This document shows positions 7,816 through 13,873 of a stretch of 32,000 bases of DNA, one piece after another. The position numbers were made by a program, and so were the translations under genes. Position 1 is the stretch's first letter. Every line of letters begins with the position of its first letter. The notes beneath the pieces are model-generated. The model did not search any database and was not told the origin of the DNA. It saw only the letters and a program-made list of their open reading frames with translations. Origin of the DNA: Candidatus Saccharimonadota bacterium (GTDB lineage: Bacteria > Patescibacteriota > Gracilibacteria > UBA1369 > 2-02-FULL-48-14); assembly GCA_965230905.1 (NCBI GenBank), contig OZ246396.1, positions 840,001 through 872,000 of the forward strand. Direction: 5' to 3'.

Positions 7816-7882
7816 TTAAAGAAAGTTTCCTGCTCTCTTACGCGTTCATCATCAGATTCGTGAGAAATTACATCGAAGTGTC

Positions 7883-7911
7883 TTGCAGGTTGGCCAATTT
7901 TACTGTATAAT
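7883..7911 (+). promoter_or_regulatory. Sigma-70-type promoter for the 7941 gene
   Basis: ttgcag (7883-7888), a 17-nt spacer ending in tg, then tataat (7906-7911). The tgtataatatata string recurs at 11896-11908. Confidence 0.5.
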
Positions 7912-7940
7912 ATATAGATTTATTCTGTTACCAGAGTCCC

Positions 7941-10106
7941 ATGCCTTCACACTTTAAGCTCTTTAAAAAAGTTCGTGTCGCACGACTTTCAGTGCTCGCA
8001 GTACTTTTGTTGACCTTTGTGGGCTTGCCCGCAGCGGGGCAAATGGCGGGTACCAATCTTTTTAAAGAGCTGGATCTCCTCACGTGGGCTTCTAGAGTAA
8101 TCCTAGCAGAAGAGGGTACTACCGAGTCGGACATGAGTGGATGGTCTGAAGAAGATTGGACAACTTACTGCGAAACGAACGACTGTGAAACTTGGACTGA
8201 AGAAGACACAAGTGAGTGGACTGAAGAAGAATGGACTGAGGGTGACACCAGTGAATGGACTGAAGAAGAATGGGAGGAAACCAGCGAGTGTACGGACTCA
8301 AGCTGTGAATATTACAATGAGGAATGGGACGATTATTGTAAAGAGAACGATTGTGAACAGTGGAACGACGGAGAGTGGGACCAAGAAGACCAAGAAAACT
8401 TTTACGAAGAAGGAGCTTGGGAGGATAAGCCCTATGAAGACTACTACTATGGTGAAGAGGGATACTATTATGGAGAAGACGGTTATTATGACGAGACGGG
8501 CACTTTTTATCCGTACGAAGAGGGAGTCTATGAAGACTACTACTATGAAGCCGCCGATGAAGAGTACTTCATGCGTCAGCAAGAAAGCATGAAAGGGGAA
8601 GTAGACCGTCTTCACGAAGAACTTTATGGCATCAAAGAAATTTTCAGCAAACTAGAGGGAATTTCTACGCCAAGCTCCCGTGTTGCAGCTTCTTTGACAG
8701 AACTCAACAACTTGTTAGAAAAGGGGCTTACGGCCCTTGAACAAATGGAGGCGGCCCTTGAAGACGGCCTCAGTGATGAAGACACCATGAGCACCTTCTG
8801 GGACACCATGGACTCACTAGGTGATGCTGCTGAAACACACATGGAAGTGCTTAAAGATTGGCTTGAAGAAGACTCAGCCGTAGCCTCGGCTTTAACTGAC
8901 GAAGAAATGGCGTTCATTACCATGGATCATGAGGATGAGGAGTATTCCGAAGACGAAATCAGCGATTATTTATCTGAACAGTATTCGGATCTAGTAGACG
9001 ACGTTGACTTCGAAAGCTTTGCTGGGAATGTCTCTCCAGAGGAAATGGAGAAAATCTTCCGCTACATCAACGATGCGATGATGCAAGAACTGCTTAAATA
9101 CATGGACGACGAACAAGCAAACGATATCTTGACCAAGATGATGAACAGCCTCACCACTTTTGGAGACAAAGGGACTGCTCTCATGCAAAATACGACAGAG
9201 GTTTTGGATGTCATGGAGGGCTTGGATTTCGATGGAGTATCGTCTTCGGAAGAAGTAGATCAACTGGAAGCACTCTACGAAGAGACAAAAGGCAGTTTGA
9301 TAACGGAAGCTAGCAAAGATGATTTGAAGGAAGTTTGGGCTGACGTGGAAGATGCTTTAGCACTGGGCAATGTGAGCAAAGAAACCATGAAGGCTTACGT
9401 AGCAGAACTGGATCAACTTCTTGACGAAAACAAAGAGAGTCTAGTCTTGGAGGACGAGGTGGAATTCTATGATGCTACTCTAGACGAAAATGCGTGGTAC
9501 TTCGATGAACTGGCAGAAGCTCGTGATCAAGACATTATTTCTGGTGATAAAGATTCCAATGGAAATCCAACGGGTTATTTCCGCCCCGGGGACGAAGTTA
9601 CCAAAGCTGAAGCGCTCAAAATGATTTTAGAGGGAGCCGGACTCAACGGAAGTTCAGGCAATAGCTCCGACTCCAGCGCGGACGGTAAATGGTACGAAGA
9701 ATATGTTAAACATGCAGAAGAACTTGGTCTGCCTTACCAAGGAGATTGGGATGAAAGCTGTGATCGTGGAACCGTTGCTGCGTGGACTGCAGAGATATTC
9801 GTGGGCGACGTGGCCGGCCTCGATATCGCTGAGTTCGAATACGAAGGCACTTTCGATGACGTGAGCGATTCAGATCCCAATGTGGAATATTATCAAGCAG
9901 TTTACGAGTACGGGATCTTTACGGGAGACGATGCCACCGGAGATCTTCGTCCAGATGACCTTATCAACCGTGCTGAAACCACCAAGGTTATTATGACCGC
10001 AGTGGAAGAAGTGGTTGAAACGGCAGAGATTGAGGAAAAACTGGATGACGTGGGAACTTTGCTGCAGAGGGCTGCCGTTCTTAGCAAGTTCTTTTCTCTG
10101 CTGTAA
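7941..10106 (+). CDS. Secreted, extremely acidic repeat protein with two C-terminal SLH-like domains
   Basis: The N-terminus has a signal-like segment (LSVLAVLLLTFVGLPAAG). It is followed by TSEWTEEEW repeats, two C..NDCE.W modules and a Y/E/G-rich tract. The C-terminal blocks YFRPGDEVTKAEALKMIL and FDDVSDSDPNVEYYQAVYEYGIFTGDDATGDLRPDDLINRAETTKVIM match the SLH pattern (F.DV...GI..G..F.P...ITRAE). Confidence 0.8.
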   Translation: MPSHFKLFKKVRVARLSVLAVLLLTFVGLPAAGQMAGTNLFKELDLLTWASRVILAEEGTTESDMSGWSEEDWTTYCETNDCETWTEEDTSEWTEEEWTEGDTSEWTEEEWEETSECTDSSCEYYNEEWDDYCKENDCEQWNDGEWDQEDQENFYEEGAWEDKPYEDYYYGEEGYYYGEDGYYDETGTFYPYEEGVYEDYYYEAADEEYFMRQQESMKGEVDRLHEELYGIKEIFSKLEGISTPSSRVAASLTELNNLLEKGLTALEQMEAALEDGLSDEDTMSTFWDTMDSLGDAAETHMEVLKDWLEEDSAVASALTDEEMAFITMDHEDEEYSEDEISDYLSEQYSDLVDDVDFESFAGNVSPEEMEKIFRYINDAMMQELLKYMDDEQANDILTKMMNSLTTFGDKGTALMQNTTEVLDVMEGLDFDGVSSSEEVDQLEALYEETKGSLITEASKDDLKEVWADVEDALALGNVSKETMKAYVAELDQLLDENKESLVLEDEVEFYDATLDENAWYFDELAEARDQDIISGDKDSNGNPTGYFRPGDEVTKAEALKMILEGAGLNGSSGNSSDSSADGKWYEEYVKHAEELGLPYQGDWDESCDRGTVAAWTAEIFVGDVAGLDIAEFEYEGTFDDVSDSDPNVEYYQAVYEYGIFTGDDATGDLRPDDLINRAETTKVIMTAVEEVVETAEIEEKLDDVGTLLQRAAVLSKFFSLL

Positions 10107-10130
10107 TTATTTCGATGCATTCATAGAAGC

Positions 10131-10177
10131 GGTCCCTCTACTCACCATAACCTGGGAGTTGGAGGGGCCGTTTTGGG
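10131..10177 (+). terminator. Possible intrinsic terminator
   Basis: ggtccctc (10131-10138) pairs with gaggggcc (10162-10169), including one G-U pair, and is followed by gtttt. The 23-nt loop is long for a terminator. Confidence 0.3.
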
Positions 10178-10221
10178 TGAGAACAATTTTACTCCAAACC
10201 ACGGAAATTCGATCATCCAAA

Positions 10222-10251
10222 TGGCTCCCCACTCTGGAGGAAGTTAGAACT
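10222..10251 (-). repeat. Partial copy of the tRNA-Asn 3' end (att-like), degenerate
   Basis: tggctccccactctggaggaagttagaact. Confidence 0.55.
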
Positions 10252-10924
10252 ATATTGGCCAAACTCTACCTGGGTAATATAGGCGTACCCCTTTAATTCT
10301 ACATAGATGCGCAATCGGGATGTTGTAATGGCTCTGCCAATCTTTAGTGACACCGCATGCCGCTCTTAATTCTTCTGAATATGGCATTACAAGTACAACT
10401 GGATCCACTCTTTGATCCTGATAAATAGGGTCAAAAGCACCCCTTATTGCGTACATGGCTGCAGTATGAAAACCATCTAAAGTTGAGTTTACTGATCCAT
10501 CGGATTCATTTGGGTGATTATTGGTTACTATCACCGAATTTCCTTCAATTTGTACGAAACGTAGGCGTCTAAGTAGCGTACCTCTAAAAAGATGTCTTTG
10601 ACCTCCAAGCTCACTTTCTTCGAAAGTTGGTAGCTGAAGGGCCAAAGCTTCGGAAGTTTCTGTGAGTTTTCTCTCTAAGGAGTCTTTTTGCCTGCTAAGT
10701 TGGACAAAGCTCCGGCGCCATGGACTTTCTTCCATGAGTCTATTCACTTCATCTGTCCATGAATTGTCGTTGGTTATTCTTAGTGCATCAACAATTCTCA
10801 TCTTACTGGCAAGAACACCTGAAGATTGATCTCCCCTCTGTGCTTGCTCGAGTTGTACACGGTCGTATTCGCCAGCAAGCTTTGAGTGTTCTTCACAAAT
10901 TGAAGAAAGGTCAGATGATGACAT
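10250..10924 (-). CDS. Hypothetical protein (224 aa), a single-gene cassette
   Basis: A clean ORF lying between two att-like copies. A minus-strand gctataat box sits about 20 nt upstream of the ATG. No family recognised. Confidence 0.6.
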   Translation of the reverse strand: MSSSDLSSICEEHSKLAGEYDRVQLEQAQRGDQSSGVLASKMRIVDALRITNDNSWTDEVNRLMEESPWRRSFVQLSRQKDSLERKLTETSEALALQLPTFEESELGGQRHLFRGTLLRRLRFVQIEGNSVIVTNNHPNESDGSVNSTLDGFHTAAMYAIRGAFDPIYQDQRVDPVVLVMPYSEELRAACGVTKDWQSHYNIPIAHLCRIKGVRLYYPGRVWPI

Positions 10925-10973
10925 AGATTCAATAAAGAGCGTGATTATAGCTCATAAAGCTTTTACGTCCAAA

Positions 10974-11004
10974 TGGCTCCTCAAGTTGGAAGCAATTAGG
11001 ACTG
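10974..11004 (-). repeat. Partial copy of the tRNA-Asn 3' end (att-like)
   Basis: tggctcctcaagttggaagcaattaggactg. It ends 3 nt before the hicA stop codon. Confidence 0.7.
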
Positions 11005-11007
11005 AAT

Positions 11008-11238
11008 TTACTTTACTTGTTTCATAAACTCATCCACAGTTATATCCATATCTCGTATAAACTGCTTTAGCAGACCTTTCCCTATAGTTTTTTTTGGGTG
11101 ATTTGGGACAGAAAGAATATTGTTACCATTTGCACTTTCAAATATAACATGACTGCCTTTTTGCCTCACCGGCAAATAGCCAAACTTTTTTAGAATCTTC
11201 TCGAGCTCTTTGAATTTTAAGATAGGTAGATAACTCAC
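11008..11238 (-). CDS. hicA: HicA family toxin (mRNA interferase)
   Basis: 76 aa. KELEKILKKFGYLPVRQKGSHVIF..VPNHPKKTIGKGLLKQFIRDM matches the HicA pattern, including the GSH motif. Confidence 0.85.
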   Translation of the reverse strand: MSYLPILKFKELEKILKKFGYLPVRQKGSHVIFESANGNNILSVPNHPKKTIGKGLLKQFIRDMDITVDEFMKQVK

Positions 11239-11468
11239 GCGGCAAGTGATATTTCCTCAGTGGCGATGAACTTTGGATAGTATTTAAGTTCTTTGAATTC
11301 CATTTTGTTTTTCTCTCCTAGATGCTCAATACAAAGCTCCATTGCTTCTGTAATATTCTCCAAAGCTTCCTCGTAGGTGTCACCTTGGGAGTGGCACCCC
11401 TTGATGGCCGGACAGGAGGAAATGTATTTCCCGTCTTCGTCGCGCTGTATAAGTACTTGGAATTTCAT
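11235..11468 (-). CDS. hicB: HicB family antitoxin, short form (UPF0150 fold only)
   Basis: 77 aa. MKFQVLIQRDEDGKYISSCPAIKGCHSQGDTYEEALENITEAMELCIE matches the HicB N-terminal domain. No C-terminal DNA-binding extension is present. It overlaps hicA through a 4-nt ATGA. Confidence 0.8.
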   Translation of the reverse strand: MKFQVLIQRDEDGKYISSCPAIKGCHSQGDTYEEALENITEAMELCIEHLGEKNKMEFKELKYYPKFIATEEISLAA

Positions 11469-11743
11469 GTGCTAGTGAGGTTTATAAAGTCATTATAGCA
11501 TTCAGCATTGTCGGCTGCTAGGTCCATAGATTTAAATATTTCGCCTTTTTTATTTTTATAGATGCCTTTTCGGTAAGAAAATTGGTTCTTGACTGTATCT
11601 TTTTCAATCCATCTTCTCTCTTTTTTCGTCGTATATTCTTCCTTCCCGACGTAGGCGTGACCAAGGAAGGTTTTTTCCCCATTGTCATCCTCGAAAAAGA
11701 TCTCAGCTAATCTTCCGTTAATAAGTGCAAAACACCAACCCAT
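11465..11743 (-). CDS. Conserved small protein (92 aa), first gene of the hicB-hicA operon
   Basis: MGWCFALINGRLAEIFF.. It overlaps hicB through a 4-nt ATGA. A paralog lies at 13340-13576, and the first 17 codons of the two copies differ only at synonymous positions. Confidence 0.7.
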   Translation of the reverse strand: MGWCFALINGRLAEIFFEDDNGEKTFLGHAYVGKEEYTTKKERRWIEKDTVKNQFSYRKGIYKNKKGEIFKSMDLAADNAECYNDFINLTST

Positions 11744-11797
11744 AAAATTAATTATTCTAAAACTAGAACGGTTAATACTTATGAAAGTTACATAAAA

Positions 11798-11829
11798 TGG
11801 CTCCCCAAGTTGGATGCAATTAGAACTGC
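11798..11829 (-). repeat. Partial copy of the tRNA-Asn 3' end (att-like)
   Basis: tggctccccaagttggatgcaattagaactgc. Confidence 0.7.
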
Positions 11830-11931
11830 GGTGTTGGTGTGAACGACTTGATAAACTAGGTCCATGGGAGCCAATTGTTTAATCCACATTTTTATTGTAT
11901 AATATATATACTCTTAGTTGGACTTCTTTCT

Positions 11932-12414
11932 ATGTCGCTAAATGAAAAACTAACTCAGACCTCTGATCCACTTCGTTCAGTCTCGGATGAGGATTTGATA
12001 ATTATACTAAATAGAGCCATAGAAGGAGGTTTTTCTCCTTTAGATTTTATGAACTGTAACTACTATGATCTGAAACAACTTCAGAGGCTAGCTAGAGGAG
12101 AAAAGGAGAAAGCCTTGGCAGGTGGAGCTAGTCGTCTTGATTCTTTGCTGCAAACTTTAGGGGAAAAGATCCCTGAGCGTATGCGAATAGATACTCAGCG
12201 AATAAAATCAGGAGAATGGAAACTTCCCACAGGTGACATTCGCTCGGAAGCCTATGAGCTAGAGATGGCAGAGTTGACTGATGCGGTCGATAGAGTTGGG
12301 AAAAATTTAGATCGAATAACCGATATTGGACCTGAAGTAGCATCTTTACAAAAAAGTGTAGAAAGAATGGCAGCTGCTTTCCGTCCAGACGAAGAGCAGG
12401 GGATAGTTCATTGA
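11932..12414 (+). CDS. Hypothetical protein (about 160 aa)
   Basis: The ORF 11875..12414 was trimmed to the ATG at 11932, because tg-tataat at 11896-11903 lies inside the longer ORF. No family recognised. Confidence 0.55.
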   Translation: MSLNEKLTQTSDPLRSVSDEDLIIILNRAIEGGFSPLDFMNCNYYDLKQLQRLARGEKEKALAGGASRLDSLLQTLGEKIPERMRIDTQRIKSGEWKLPTGDIRSEAYELEMAELTDAVDRVGKNLDRITDIGPEVASLQKSVERMAAAFRPDEEQGIVH

Positions 12415-12436
12415 TTTCTATTTTGACTTCATAAAA

Positions 12437-12462
12437 AGTTCGAGCGTCCAATTTGGCTGGTC
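12437..12462 (+). repeat. Junction repeat of the inverted type (agttcgagcgtccaatttggctggtc)
   Basis: It matches 5985-6010 and lies 22 nt after the stop codon of the 11932 gene. Confidence 0.6.
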
Positions 12463-12487
12463 ACGGTTTTAATCTGTAAAATTAAAT

Positions 12488-12519
12488 TGGCTCTCTAAGT
12501 TGGAAGCAATTAGAACTGC
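12488..12519 (-). repeat. Partial copy of the tRNA-Asn 3' end (att-like)
   Basis: tggctctctaagttggaagcaattagaactgc. Confidence 0.7.
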
Positions 12520-12531
12520 ACTGCTTCGTTT

Positions 12532-12569
12532 GCAATGTGCATGACGGTCGTTTTTAAGTTTGCTATAAT
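12532..12569 (+). promoter_or_regulatory. Portable promoter block driving the antitoxin-Fic operon
   Basis: gcaatgtgcATGACGgtcgtttttaagtttgcTATAAT. The -35-like box is at 12541-12546 and the -10 at 12564-12569, with a 17-nt spacer. Confidence 0.55.
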
Positions 12570-12589
12570 CCAAATACTTCAATCAAAGT

Positions 12590-12769
12590 ATGCCGATCCA
12601 AAAAATGTTAAAAGCGTTCAGGTCCTATCAAAAAACTCGTGGTAGTAAACGGGCTGCTTATATGAAGTCTTTTGAGGCAAAAATGATTTATCGAACCACT
12701 AAAACTGAGAACCCAGAAACGACTCCTCTCTTGGTCAAGCAGGTGCTTCGTAAATACAAGTCTGTATGA
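12590..12769 (+). CDS. Small Fic antitoxin (59 aa) carrying the inhibitory motif
   Basis: MPIQKMLKAFRSYQKTRGSKRAAYMKSFEAKMIYRTTKTENPETTPLLVKQVLRKYKSV. T36-T-K-T-E40-N41 fits the [S/T]xxxE[G/N] inhibitory helix of class I Fic antitoxins. Its stop codon overlaps the Fic ATG (gtATGA). It falls just below the ORF-track cutoff. Confidence 0.65.
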   Translation: MPIQKMLKAFRSYQKTRGSKRAAYMKSFEAKMIYRTTKTENPETTPLLVKQVLRKYKSV

Positions 12770-13383
12770 AACGCACAGGAGAAACGGCTTATAAGGAAAC
12801 TGCATTTGGTATTCTTCCACGATCAAAACTGATCCCTCTAGAGATTGAGGGGATTAAGAGGGCCTGGGACTTTGTGTTGGAACAGGAACTTAAGGGCAAA
12901 ATTTTAATCACACCCTCTTCTCTCCAAAAGATTCATGCAGTCGGTTTTGGATGGATTTTCCCTGAAATGGGTGGAAAGTTTAGAACGACTGAAGTGACAG
13001 TTTCCAAACATAAACCGCCGCGCTTCTTTCAAGTTCCTCAATTGATGGAAGATTTTACCGAGGATTTGAAGGTTAGGCTGAAGGGTTTGCCTGAATTTGA
13101 AGGAGAGGGCTTTTTGAAAGAACTTGTAGAGCTTTTAGCATGGACGCACCATCGATTCTTATGGATTCATCCTTTTTTCGATTACAATGGTCGAATAGCT
13201 AGACTGCTCATCAGTATGATTTTGATGAACTTGAATTTACCTCCGATAGAACTTCGAGTGGAAACTAGGATGAGTAGGATTAAATATGTGAAAGCTCTCA
13301 GCGAAGCGGATGAAGGAGATTTTACTTCGCTTGAAAAACTTATTCGTGCAGCTCTTGAGGAGGCTGCTGGGGATTTGGGTTGA
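12766..13383 (+). CDS. Fic/DOC family protein with a variant active-site motif
   Basis: 205 aa containing HPFFDYNGRIAR. The canonical motif is HxFx(D/E)GNGRxxR, so a Tyr replaces the first Gly. Confidence 0.85.
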   Translation: MKRTGETAYKETAFGILPRSKLIPLEIEGIKRAWDFVLEQELKGKILITPSSLQKIHAVGFGWIFPEMGGKFRTTEVTVSKHKPPRFFQVPQLMEDFTEDLKVRLKGLPEFEGEGFLKELVELLAWTHHRFLWIHPFFDYNGRIARLLISMILMNLNLPPIELRVETRMSRIKYVKALSEADEGDFTSLEKLIRAALEEAAGDLG

Positions 13384-13576
13384 TCTCTGTATACTTCCCA
13401 CCTTTGTATTTGAATTGGTAGCTACTGATATCCTTTTTAATCCAAGTTTTTTCCTGTTTGGTTTTATATTCTTCTTCCTCAACAAAACAATGTCCTTCCA
13501 GTAAAGTTTTTTTACCTTTTTTATCAAAAAAGATCTCTGCAAGTCGTCCATTGATGAGTGCGAAACACCAACCCAT
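13340..13576 (-). CDS. Paralog of the MGWCF small protein (78 aa from the ATG at 13576)
   Basis: MGWCFALINGRLAEIFFDKKGKKTLLEGHCFVEEEEYKTKQEKTWIKKD.. The 30 nt upstream of the ATG are identical to 11744-11773. The 3' end runs convergently into the Fic 3' end, so the C-terminus may not be native. Confidence 0.5.
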   Translation of the reverse strand: MGWCFALINGRLAEIFFDKKGKKTLLEGHCFVEEEEYKTKQEKTWIKKDISSYQFKYKGGKYTEINPNPQQPPQELHE

Positions 13577-13629
13577 AAAATTAATTATTCTAAAACTAGA
13601 ACGGTTGATGTTTATGGAAGTTACAAATC

Positions 13630-13659
13630 TGGCTCCCCAGGTTGGAAGCAATTCGAACT
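13630..13659 (-). repeat. Partial copy of the tRNA-Asn 3' end (att-like), the copy closest to the tRNA sequence
   Basis: tggctccccaggttggaagcaattcgaact. It equals the tRNA 3' end apart from one mismatch and the 5-nt insertion. Confidence 0.75.
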
Positions 13660-13837
13660 AATCTACTAAATCTCTGTAAAAATTCTCACGCGTTCCAATC
13701 GCTACAACGATAATATTGTTCCTTACTTCGTAGGCAACTCTATATTGGGTATGTACAAAACTAAAATGATGGGATCGTAGATTCTTAACCAGGGTGTATG
13801 CGTTAATAAAGTGGCGCGCCTTGCCGGAGGGTTTGAC
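13658..13837 (-). pseudogene. RelE/ParE-family toxin remnant, N-terminally truncated with no start codon
   Basis: The minus frame reads VKPSGKARHFINAYTLVKNLRSHHFSFVHTQYRVAYEVRNNIIVVAIGTRENFYRDLVD and then stops. The YRVAYEV..IIVVAIG.RE..Y tail is the RelE/ParE C-terminal pattern. An in-frame stop lies at 13838-13840 and there is no partner antitoxin. Confidence 0.55.
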
Positions 13838-13873
13838 TTAAGCTATTTTTAACTCTATAAAATTTGCTTTTAC

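Noticed and set aside
8119-9263. Alternative-frame ORFs inside the acidic SLH protein gene
   Set aside because: These are by-products of GAA/GAT-rich repetitive coding sequence. The long plus-strand frame has a signal peptide and SLH domains.
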